A stretch of 43,286 bases of DNA from Verrucomicrobiota bacterium (GTDB taxonomy: Bacteria > Verrucomicrobiota > Verrucomicrobiia > Limisphaerales > AAA164-E04): positions 1 through 43,286 of the forward strand of contig JALRAZ010000220.1 of NCBI GenBank assembly GCA_023257935.1. Reading direction: 5' to 3'. The notes beneath the pieces are model-generated. The model was not told the origin of the DNA. It saw only the letters and a list, made by a program, of their open reading frames with translations, and searched no databases. Below are positions 18,442 to 26,790 of this stretch, one piece after another (position 1 is the stretch's first letter; each line of letters starts with the position of its first letter). Made by a program: the position numbers and the translations under genes.

Positions 18442-20544
18442 ATGAATGCAGATAGGAGCCAAAGGGTTCGAATCAGGCAGTTATGGGGCTTTCGGTCGGC
18501 TGCCTCCCTACTTATCCCCATTTTGCTCATAGGAGGGTGTGAACTGGTCCTGCGTCTGGCTGGAGTCGGTTACTCGACGGCTTTTTTCCTGCCAACTGAG
18601 CATCAAGGTCAAAGCTACTGGCGTGAGAATCCACGTGCTCTTTGGCGTTTCATGCCTCCTTCTCTGGCTAGGCAACCAAGGCCCCTGATGATACCACGTC
18701 AAAAAGAGGCTGGGGTTACCCGAATTTTTGTCCTAGGGGAGTCGGCCGCATTGGGGGATCCTGAACCAGCATTTGGTGTCTCAAGGATCCTTCAAATTCT
18801 CCTTGAACATCAGTATCCAGAGAAGAAATTTGAAATTTTCAACACTTCCATCACCGCCATCAATTCTCATCTGATCAAGCCCATGGCCAAGGAGCTAGCA
18901 TCGATGGAAGGGGATTACTGGCTGGTGTTCATGGGCAACAATGAAGTGATGGGACCCTATGGTCCGGGTTCGGTTGCCGGTGAATCGATAAGCTCTCCAT
19001 GGTTGATGCAGACTGGATTGGCCTTGAAGCAGCTTCGTCTGGGACAATGGATCGGTTCGCTTGGTGCAGCCTCCTCCGAAGCCCCAGCTGCATGGAGAGG
19101 GATGGAAATGTTCGCGCAGCAGAGCATTGATCCAAAGGATCCTCGACTCAAGCTAGTCCACCAGCGTTTCGGAGAAAATCTTCAAGCCATTGTGAAGACC
19201 GGGCTCGACTCGGGAGCTCGCATTGCTCTCTCGACGGTTCCCGTCAACCTGCTTGATCAAGCCCCTTTCAGTTCATGTAGGACGGAGGATGATTCATCAG
19301 AACGCTTACTCAAGCCTCTGCGAGAATTGATCGACGCAAGGCTCTATGCCGAGGCTCTGGATGGGCTGCAAAGATTGGAGTCAACCCTCAGTCAACAGGC
19401 CCAATGGCACTGGATGATGGGTTTCTGCCTTCAACGATTGGAACAATTTGACGATGCTCGCTCATATCTGGCACAGGCTCGTGATTTGGACTGCCTTCCT
19501 TTCCGGGCTGACAGCTCGATCAACCAAGCTATCAGGCAGTGTTTTGAAGCGTTCAAATCCAGGCCGATGGTCCTGATTGATTTCGAGGCCACACTGATGG
19601 CCAAAGCCAAGGGGAACATTCCTGGTGACGACCTGTTTTGGGATCATGTTCACATGAAATTTCCAGGTAATTACCTAATGGCCCTCATGATGGCTGATTG
19701 GCTAGCTCGTGACATGCAATCCAGGGTTGAGGGATCTGCTCAAGAGGCTCCCCAGTGGTTGTCCATGCGGGATGCTTCAAGGTTTCTTGGCATGACCCTC
19801 TGGAGTGATCATGCCATGCACAGCCAGATGAAGGATCGACTCAGTCAGTTTCCCTTCGCTGGAACCATCAATTACCATGAACGCATCAGTGTACTGGAGC
19901 AGGCATTGAGCGAAACAAGTGTTGGGTTGAACCCTGAAAGCTTTGAGGGGCAGGCCGCTGTCTACCTGGGCCTGATTCGGTCTCATCGGCAGGACTGGCA
20001 TTATCAGGAGCAGTTCGCCCGCTTTTTGGAGGTTTTTGGCAAACGCGAACAAGCGATCACAACCTGGCATGAAGTGCTCAAGATTGTTCCTCAATATCTG
20101 GCTGGTCGGTTTCAGCTAGCTCAGTTGTTGGGGCAAACAGCCGACAGTGCCGTGGAGGCTGAAAGCTTGGCACGAGGTTTGGTGGATGAACGCCCTGAAA
20201 TAGCTGTTTTTCATCTGGCTTTGGGGCGGGCGCTTTATGCGCAATCCAGGGATGTCGAGGCGATTGAAGTATTCAAGAAAACCGTTTCGATGAACCCTGA
20301 CGAGTTGGCAGCCTGGATCATGATGGGAGCTTCCTACCGCCAGATCCAAAAGCCTGAGGAAGCCATAGCTTGTTTTGAAAGGGTCTTGCAGAAGCAGCCT
20401 GACCAGCTGGAGGCTCATCGACAGCTCCTTGAGTTGCACGCTGAAGCGGGGAACCAGGAAGAAGCTTCCAAGCATCGTGCCTTGATTGAGGCGACAGACC
20501 AGGCCCAGGCAGTCGAACAAATCGAGGAAATCGAGTTGTTCTAA
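18442..20544 (+). CDS. membrane-anchored SGNH-like domain + TPR repeat protein
   Basis: N-terminal TM 'LLIPILLIGGCELVLRLAG'. SGNH-like blocks 'IFVLGESAALG', 'FMGNNEV' and 'WDHVHM'. C-terminal TPR repeats. Start trimmed to the ATG at 18442 to avoid overlap with the divergent ABC-F gene. Confidence 0.7.
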   Translation: MNADRSQRVRIRQLWGFRSAASLLIPILLIGGCELVLRLAGVGYSTAFFLPTEHQGQSYWRENPRALWRFMPPSLARQPRPLMIPRQKEAGVTRIFVLGESAALGDPEPAFGVSRILQILLEHQYPEKKFEIFNTSITAINSHLIKPMAKELASMEGDYWLVFMGNNEVMGPYGPGSVAGESISSPWLMQTGLALKQLRLGQWIGSLGAASSEAPAAWRGMEMFAQQSIDPKDPRLKLVHQRFGENLQAIVKTGLDSGARIALSTVPVNLLDQAPFSSCRTEDDSSERLLKPLRELIDARLYAEALDGLQRLESTLSQQAQWHWMMGFCLQRLEQFDDARSYLAQARDLDCLPFRADSSINQAIRQCFEAFKSRPMVLIDFEATLMAKAKGNIPGDDLFWDHVHMKFPGNYLMALMMADWLARDMQSRVEGSAQEAPQWLSMRDASRFLGMTLWSDHAMHSQMKDRLSQFPFAGTINYHERISVLEQALSETSVGLNPESFEGQAAVYLGLIRSHRQDWHYQEQFARFLEVFGKREQAITTWHEVLKIVPQYLAGRFQLAQLLGQTADSAVEAESLARGLVDERPEIAVFHLALGRALYAQSRDVEAIEVFKKTVSMNPDELAAWIMMGASYRQIQKPEEAIACFERVLQKQPDQLEAHRQLLELHAEAGNQEEASKHRALIEATDQAQAVEQIEEIELF

Positions 20545-20563
20545 TACGGCTGCCTTCGCTGAG

Positions 20564-21331
20564 CTAGGCTTGGTTGTCTGCTGTCTTGATCCGCTCGAGT
20601 TCTTTCTTTGCTGCCTGAAGCAGGAATAGGCAGTCAGCTCCAGTCACCAGCAAGCGACATCCTTTATCGCGGTAAGGTGCTACCGCTGAGGCTTCGACCC
20701 CGAAGTAACCAACTGGCATTTGGACGCTATGGCACACCTGGAGCACGTGGTCAATAGCCTCAATCACCTCAGGATGGTCTACTTCCCCCATCCTGCCCAT
20801 GCTGGATGCAAGATCGTAGGGTCCAAGAAGGATGCCATCCACACCAGGAAGAGCCGCGGTGGATTCGATGCATTGGACCGCTTCGATGTGCTCGACCTGG
20901 ATGATCACAGTGATCGCCTCATTGGCCTGTTCGACATAATTTTTGAAATGGGCTCCATAGCCCTGCGCGCGACCAATACCCACCCCTCGGTGGCCCATAG
21001 GAGCGTAGCGCGCATGCTCGACCACCAGCCTTGCATGAGCCGTGCTGTTGACCTGTGGGGCGATGATGCCACTAGCGCCCAGATCGAGGATTCGCTTGAT
21101 TGGCTCTTCCTCTGAAACCGGCACCCTGACAATGCAAGGAAGACGATGTCCAACAGCCTGAAGGATTCCTGTGAGATGCCCTAGATCAAGGGCTCCGTGC
21201 TCGGCATCGACAAACAACCAGTCAAATCCGGCCTCGGCTAAGATTTCGGCAGCTGCGGGGCAGGGAAGCGAGACAATGCTAGCATGAAGGGTTTCGCCAT
21301 GCTGCAATCTGCTGCGTAGTGAGGGGAACAT
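20564..21331 (-). CDS. HpcH/HpaI family 2-keto-3-deoxy-acid aldolase
   Basis: 255 aa. 'FDWLFVDAEHG', 'VRVP' and 'GASGIIAPQV', with length and motif order typical of HpcH/HpaI aldolases. Confidence 0.85.
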   Translation of the reverse strand: MFPSLRSRLQHGETLHASIVSLPCPAAAEILAEAGFDWLFVDAEHGALDLGHLTGILQAVGHRLPCIVRVPVSEEEPIKRILDLGASGIIAPQVNSTAHARLVVEHARYAPMGHRGVGIGRAQGYGAHFKNYVEQANEAITVIIQVEHIEAVQCIESTAALPGVDGILLGPYDLASSMGRMGEVDHPEVIEAIDHVLQVCHSVQMPVGYFGVEASAVAPYRDKGCRLLVTGADCLFLLQAAKKELERIKTADNQA

Positions 21332-21434
21332 GCCTGAATGCTAACCTCGTCCTACCTCTGTAGGCAAGTGATGCCTCCGGGGCTTTTCCTCAACCAATCA
21401 TGGGTTGGCTCCGCTTCTCTTTTTTGTTTAGCTA

Positions 21435-22823
21435 ATGGGTATGACCTTGTCTTACCCCCGCATCCTTGGGTGGATTTCGTGCGCCCTGTCTCTTTTGATT
21501 TCCAGCTGGTTTCAGGTGGCCATTGCGACCAGCCAAGCACCGAATATCGTCTTGATCATCTCTGATGATCAGGCATGGACCGATTACGGTTTCATGGGGC
21601 ATGAAATCATTCAAACCCCGCACTTGGACCGACTGGCTTCCCAGAGTGTCTGGTTTGACAGGGGCTACGTCCCTACGGCCTTGTGTCGACCATCGCTCAT
21701 GACCTTGGCTACCGGGCACTATGCTCACCGGCATGGCGTGACAGGCAATGACCCTTCTCCCAAGTATGCCCCTCAAGGATCAAAAATTGAGCAGCAACGT
21801 CGAGCTGAACTCATTAGCTTCTTGAACCAATTTGATTCCTTGCCTGCAGCCTTGGCTAGATCCGGTTATCTCACTCACCAGAGTGGCAAATGGTGGGAGG
21901 GGTCCTTTGCTCAAGGTGGCTTCACTCATGGCATGACTAGAGGATTCCCCGAGCCCGGAGGCAGGCATGGGGATGATGGGCTGACAATTGGTCGGGAAGG
22001 GCTTGGGCCAATCCGGGAATTCGTGGACCATGCCATGACCTCTGAACAACCTTTTTTCCTATGGTATGCTCCATTCCTTCCCCATACCCCCCATAATCCC
22101 CCCGAGCGCCTGCTTAATCGCTACCGTGACAAGGTGGATTCTTTGCAAGTTGCCAAATATTACGCCATGTGCACGTGGTTTGACGAAACCTGTGGTTCGC
22201 TTCTGGAACTGATTGACGAGAAGGGGATTCGCGAAAACACCCTGGTTATCTACGTCACGGACAATGGTTGGATCCAGCATCCAGAAAAAAATGGCTATGC
22301 GCCTAGATCCAAGCAGACACCTTACGAGGGTGGCATCCGCACCCCAATCATGTTTCGTTGGCCAGGTCAGTTTAAAGCGAGTCACCGGTCTGAACTGGTC
22401 AGTAGCATTGATCTTTATCCCACCATCCTTTCAGCAGCGGGTCTGCCTTTCCCGAATGGTTTGCCTGGGCTTGATCTGGTAGAATCCATGCGTGGTTCCC
22501 TGCCGTTGGCAAGGAAGCAATTATTCGGCGAAGGTTTTGCTCATGACATAGCTGATATCAACAAACCGGAAGCGTCCCTGCTTTACCGTTGGACGATTCA
22601 AGGCCGCTGGAAACTGCTATTGACCTATGACGGGGAAGTGAACCGCTACCAAAGCTCTCATCCGCGCGACATTCCTGGGCCTCAGTTGTTTGACTTGGAG
22701 TCCGATCCCCATGAACGTCACAATCTGGCCGACCAGCAACCCGCAAAGGTTAGGCTGTTGGCCGAAAGTTTGGCAAACTGGTATCCGCTCAAGGAAAGGA
22801 AAACCCTTGCACCCTTACCTTGA
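21435..22823 (+). CDS. sulfatase family protein (S1-type, atypical FGly motif)
   Basis: Signal peptide, 'NIVLIISDDQAWTDYG', nucleophile region 'LCRPSLMTLATG', 'GKWW' and 'YVTDNG'. Confidence 0.85.
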   Translation: MGMTLSYPRILGWISCALSLLISSWFQVAIATSQAPNIVLIISDDQAWTDYGFMGHEIIQTPHLDRLASQSVWFDRGYVPTALCRPSLMTLATGHYAHRHGVTGNDPSPKYAPQGSKIEQQRRAELISFLNQFDSLPAALARSGYLTHQSGKWWEGSFAQGGFTHGMTRGFPEPGGRHGDDGLTIGREGLGPIREFVDHAMTSEQPFFLWYAPFLPHTPHNPPERLLNRYRDKVDSLQVAKYYAMCTWFDETCGSLLELIDEKGIRENTLVIYVTDNGWIQHPEKNGYAPRSKQTPYEGGIRTPIMFRWPGQFKASHRSELVSSIDLYPTILSAAGLPFPNGLPGLDLVESMRGSLPLARKQLFGEGFAHDIADINKPEASLLYRWTIQGRWKLLLTYDGEVNRYQSSHPRDIPGPQLFDLESDPHERHNLADQQPAKVRLLAESLANWYPLKERKTLAPLP

Positions 22824-22958
22824 TCCCTATGACCAAATAAAGGCTTGGTGAGGCCTGTTTTTAACGTGGTCTTGGCTGCTTGGTCTCATCCAGCCCCTGC
22901 CCATGTGAACCATCAGAGCTTAGCCCTATTCCACTAGTGTGCAGGCAAAAAGGTGACC

Positions 22959-24317
22959 CTATTTCTTGGCTAACTTGCCCAGGCGCCTGACCCGCAGGTT
23001 GCGGTAGTGGACCTCGTCCTGATGGTCCTGCAGGAGGATGTGCCCCTGGTGTCTTTGGCCAAAATCTTTCACCTTTTTGAATTTGCTTCCTGCTACCGCA
23101 TCCAGGACACGTTGGCTGCCTAGGGTGTATTGAAGAACCATGATACCATTGAGCCAGTGCTCAGCCTGCTGGCCTTGAACCAGAATGCGGCTGTGATTGA
23201 ATTCTCCGACCGGCTTGATCACACGATTCTGAGCGGGAAACACATCATAAAAAGCGGCGGTTTGCCACTTGGGCCCTCGTAGTGCATCGGGATGTTTTGA
23301 GTCGTCGATAACCTGATACTCGTGGCCAATGGCTCCACCACGTTCCTCCATGATGAAATACTTGACCCCGCTATTGGCCCCCGGCGCTACCTTCCACTCC
23401 CACTCGAATTCGAACTGACCAAACTTGGTCTTGGTGATCAGGTCTCCACCGCCTCCCTTGCTGATATGCTTGAGGCAGTCATTTTCAATGGTCCAGCCCT
23501 GTGATGGGAAATCCTCCTTCTTGAAGCCCCTCCATCGAAGGGTGTCCTTACCATTGAAAAGGTTGGCCCATCCGGCTTCCCGCCATGCCTTATTTAGGGT
23601 GTTGGGTTTGCGGTTTTCGGGTAGAGATGTGGGTGCTGGTAGGGCTTTGATTTGGATTTTCCTGAACCAGACTTCGTCGCCATGATGCTGGAAGACAATG
23701 TGCCCTGAAGGGCTTTTTGCAAATCCAGGATGCTCTGCAAACTTGCTTTGGCCGATCAGTTGTTGAACCCCGTAACTTTCAAGGTTGCAGGCAAGGATCT
23801 TGTCGCCATTGAGCCAATGTTCCAAATGGTCGCCAGCAAGGACGATTCTTGAAAGGTTGTATTCGCCAGCAGGATTTAAGGCCTTGTTCTGGGCACTGAT
23901 CAGATCGTAAAGATCACCCACAAGGTGTTTGCTGACGCCCTGGTCACCCTCTGCCGGATCATCCAGAATTTGATACTCCAGGCCTGTGTGCCAGGCCTGC
24001 TGGCCCGTTTCAGCGACTCGGTAGATGACGCCACTGTTGGCACCTTGGGTCGCTACCCATTCGAATACCAGTTCGAAGTGCTCATAGGCCTTGCGGGTAA
24101 TCAGGTCTACCGAGCTTGCCTCAGGGTTGCTTCGCAGAGTCCCTTCCTTGACGCTCCAAGCCTTATCAGGGAAACCCTCTTGTCTGTAACCTCTGAGTGC
24201 TTCGATCGATCCCCCATCAAAAATGGATTCCCATTCATCGCCTGTGAGGTCTGAGGAGGAAAGATTGATGGCAAGCAGCAACATCGTTGCACGGGCGTAG
24301 TTAGAAAGAGAGGTCAT
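22959..24317 (-). CDS. tandem DUF1080 (3-keto-disaccharide hydrolase-like) protein
   Basis: Two copies of the DUF1080 pattern (W..FDG...W; 'GANSGVIYR'/'GANSGVKYF'; 'EYQILDD'/'EYQVIDD'; 'HWLNG'; 'QHHGDEVWFRKIQIK'/'QDHQDEVHYRNLRVR'), preceded by a signal peptide. Confidence 0.8.
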   Translation of the reverse strand: MTSLSNYARATMLLLAINLSSSDLTGDEWESIFDGGSIEALRGYRQEGFPDKAWSVKEGTLRSNPEASSVDLITRKAYEHFELVFEWVATQGANSGVIYRVAETGQQAWHTGLEYQILDDPAEGDQGVSKHLVGDLYDLISAQNKALNPAGEYNLSRIVLAGDHLEHWLNGDKILACNLESYGVQQLIGQSKFAEHPGFAKSPSGHIVFQHHGDEVWFRKIQIKALPAPTSLPENRKPNTLNKAWREAGWANLFNGKDTLRWRGFKKEDFPSQGWTIENDCLKHISKGGGGDLITKTKFGQFEFEWEWKVAPGANSGVKYFIMEERGGAIGHEYQVIDDSKHPDALRGPKWQTAAFYDVFPAQNRVIKPVGEFNHSRILVQGQQAEHWLNGIMVLQYTLGSQRVLDAVAGSKFKKVKDFGQRHQGHILLQDHQDEVHYRNLRVRRLGKLAKK

Positions 24318-24394
24318 GAATGATTCGGTTTAGGTGGTTGAGGTTAGGTGTAATTTAGGAGTCGGCTAATTTCGCTGCAACCCTTTAATAGAGA

Positions 24395-24416
24395 ACCCTC
24401 ATCGGGTTTTGAGGGT
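24395..24416 (-). terminator. candidate hairpin between the dynamin-like and DUF1080 genes (weak terminator)
   Basis: 7-bp perfect stem accctca/tgagggt with an 8-nt loop, 12 nt after the stop at 24428. The minus-strand tail TCTCTATT is only moderately U-rich. Confidence 0.3.
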
Positions 24417-24427
24417 GAGTTGAAAGC

Positions 24428-25792
24428 TTAGGATGATGGGGAGTGGTCGGTGATTTCCCGCCTTAACTTGGGCAAGTCGCGTTCCTGTAAGTTCTCGAGC
24501 TTCCGTATGGACCGCCCCATGGAAAACAGGCTTGGGATGCTTGAAGGATGCAGGATGCTGAAGGTCTTCTGAACCACAGAGCGCATGCCATGCCACCTTG
24601 CGCGGAGATCGCTTCGCTCCTGAAGTGCCAGTTCATGGCGAAAGGTATCGGCAAATAATTGGTCTAACACAGGCAGGTCCTGCAGCTTGGCCACAAATTG
24701 CCCCCTTAACCATTTTCCATACCCCCAGGATGCGATAGCAATCACCAGACAGGTCAAGGCGATGGAACCTGGGATCTGCCAGCCCGGCCAGGTCTTGTAG
24801 GCACCCCAAGTCGCCAGGCCGCCTACGATGAGGGCAATGAGACTGATACCACCCCATTTGAGTTGCAGCTTCCGATACTCCAGTTTGACCGTGCTGCACA
24901 ACCTGGCGTGCATGATGAGCTTTCGCGTGGCTTGAAGTAGATCACTGACCAGGTTGTCAGCACGCCGAGTGGGGGTCCTTCGGATTTCTTCCAGGACTTC
25001 CTGACGAGATTGATCAAAGTCGCTCAAGGGGATTCCAGGGGTCTCCGATTCCTGCAGGGCCGTGCCTTGGTCTGGTAGATAGAGGTTGTAGATGTGGGGG
25101 ATATCTTTGGTGCGTATTGCCTTGGATAAATTCCAGCTCAGCGTGCCATAGGTTCTCGCAAAATCTCTGATGTTGCGAAATAGATCTACCTTATTGAGTA
25201 TGATGAGGAGTTTGTAATCCAGCCCTGCCAGAGTCTGGGTAAGGATACTGATTGTCTCAGCCGTGGTGCCTGGTTTATCGGGATCGAAAAAAAACAGAAT
25301 CAAATCGGCTTTCTCGGCGAAAAAACGGACCCCAGCAGCAAAGTCATACTCCCTGGTGTTGGCAGCCCCAATGGCATCGATCATGCCAGGACTGTCAATC
25401 AGCGAGAATTCCTCCAGCACTGGATTGGGTAGTGTCTTGAGCTTGAGACGGTTGACCAGGGAGGGGCCAAGCCTTTCAAGATGCTGCAGTGGCAGAGAAG
25501 GGTGACTGGTGATGGTGTGTCCGTCAAAGGATTCCTGCCTTGATCCGTGGGTGATAAGGGTAAAACCATCATCGGTTGGAGCCAGGCCGGTTTTTTGAAT
25601 CGTCTCGCCCAAGAGGTGATTGATGAACGAGGACTTTCCTGAAGAGTGGTTGCCCAGGAAAAGGACACTTGGGAAACCTGCTGGCTCCCTGGCTTGAACG
25701 GGGAGCTCGAATGAGAGCTTGTCAGCCAAAGGCCGCAGATCTCGGTTGTAAGTGTCTAGAATGGTCTTGCTGACGGAACGTTCCTGATTCAT
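24428..25792 (-). CDS. EHD-like dynamin-superfamily NTPase with C-terminal transmembrane hairpin
   Basis: G1 'GNHSSGKSSFINHLL', G3 'LIDSPG', G4 'LNKVD'. There are long blocks of identity to eukaryotic EHD proteins as recalled (see finding). Two adjacent hydrophobic helices sit near the C-terminus. Start trimmed to the ATG at 25792, and the track extension overlaps the EEP gene. Confidence 0.75.
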   Translation of the reverse strand: MNQERSVSKTILDTYNRDLRPLADKLSFELPVQAREPAGFPSVLFLGNHSSGKSSFINHLLGETIQKTGLAPTDDGFTLITHGSRQESFDGHTITSHPSLPLQHLERLGPSLVNRLKLKTLPNPVLEEFSLIDSPGMIDAIGAANTREYDFAAGVRFFAEKADLILFFFDPDKPGTTAETISILTQTLAGLDYKLLIILNKVDLFRNIRDFARTYGTLSWNLSKAIRTKDIPHIYNLYLPDQGTALQESETPGIPLSDFDQSRQEVLEEIRRTPTRRADNLVSDLLQATRKLIMHARLCSTVKLEYRKLQLKWGGISLIALIVGGLATWGAYKTWPGWQIPGSIALTCLVIAIASWGYGKWLRGQFVAKLQDLPVLDQLFADTFRHELALQERSDLRARWHGMRSVVQKTFSILHPSSIPSLFSMGRSIRKLENLQERDLPKLRREITDHSPSS

Positions 25793-25832
25793 GCCTGCGT
25801 GTCCGATTGCCCGGGAATGGGAGCTTGATGAT

Positions 25833-26741
25833 TCATTGACGCAGCCGCAGCGTTGCCTCGACCGGGTAGTGATCGGAAGGATAGCGCCCGTTTTCCTGGG
25901 TATAATTGATGAGGGCATGCAGGGTGTTGAATTGATCTGAGTGAATGATCCAGTCAATTCGCTTGCCTTCGCGGTGCCCTGTCCATCTTGAAAAGGATGC
26001 TTCGTCTTCTTGAGGTTCGGGGTGGATGACCCGATAGGCGTCTATCAGCTTCTGGCTTCCTGAGTTGCCCCCCTGACAGAGAGCAGCGTAGGGGGCACCT
26101 TCTTCGGTTGTGTTGAAGTCACCGGTTAGGATGACCGGATACTCATTGAGGATGCTTTCAGCTCGACGGCGAATGAGCTTGGCCGATTCAAGCCTGGCCT
26201 CTTCCCCGCGGTGGTCAAAATGCGTGTTGGCAAAGACAAATTCTTTTCCCCCGGATCGATTGTCGCGTAATAGCACCCAGGAGAGCATGCGCGTCAGAGA
26301 TGAATCCCAGCTGACGCTACCTGGGACCTCAGGAGTCTGGCTAAGCCAGAAGTGACCCGCATCGATCATCTCAAATCGGTCCTTTCTCCACATCAAGGGG
26401 ACAAATTCACCTTTTTCGCCTCCATCGTCTCTGCCGACGCCATGAAAGCCATAATCGCTCAGATGTTTTTTGAGGAAATCGGCTTGGAATTTGAGGACTT
26501 CCTGGCAACCGAGCAGGTCGGGTTGAGCCAATTCAACGGTCTCCAGGACCAGGTAGTCTCGATGGGACCAACTGTTTGCCCCATCATTGGCGGCACCATA
26601 GCGGATATTGAAACTCATGACCTTGATAGGCTGGTATGGATCCGCTGCCTTGAGATCTCCGAAAGGATGATTCAGCAGGTAAAAGAGGACCAGCACAAGC
26701 AGCTGGGATGTCACGAGTGTTTTGCGGGAACTGACTTTCAT
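25833..26741 (-). CDS. secreted endonuclease/exonuclease/phosphatase (EEP) family protein
   Basis: Signal peptide. Catalytic motifs 'SFNIRYG', 'GCQEV', 'NTHFDH', 'GDFN' and 'SDHYPV'. Confidence 0.85.
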   Translation of the reverse strand: MKVSSRKTLVTSQLLVLVLFYLLNHPFGDLKAADPYQPIKVMSFNIRYGAANDGANSWSHRDYLVLETVELAQPDLLGCQEVLKFQADFLKKHLSDYGFHGVGRDDGGEKGEFVPLMWRKDRFEMIDAGHFWLSQTPEVPGSVSWDSSLTRMLSWVLLRDNRSGGKEFVFANTHFDHRGEEARLESAKLIRRRAESILNEYPVILTGDFNTTEEGAPYAALCQGGNSGSQKLIDAYRVIHPEPQEDEASFSRWTGHREGKRIDWIIHSDQFNTLHALINYTQENGRYPSDHYPVEATLRLRQ

Positions 26742-26790
26742 GGTTTTGGCTTATTGATAGAGTCAATGATACGGTTCTAATCCTTCGAGG

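Noticed and set aside
22824-22870. Possible terminator after the first sulfatase (aaaggc...gcctgttttt).
   Set aside because: The stem has only about 3 GC pairs plus AT pairs with a bulge, and the T-run is itself part of the stem. This is too weak to call.
24428-26741. EEP plus dynamin-like pair as an Eleos (LeoA/LeoBC)-type anti-phage defence system.
   Set aside because: The architecture does not match. There is a single EHD-type NTPase with a TM hairpin and no LeoBC-like partners. The EEP has a secretion signal. The flanks are housekeeping genes (aroQ, DUF1080) with no mobile-element or defence-island context.
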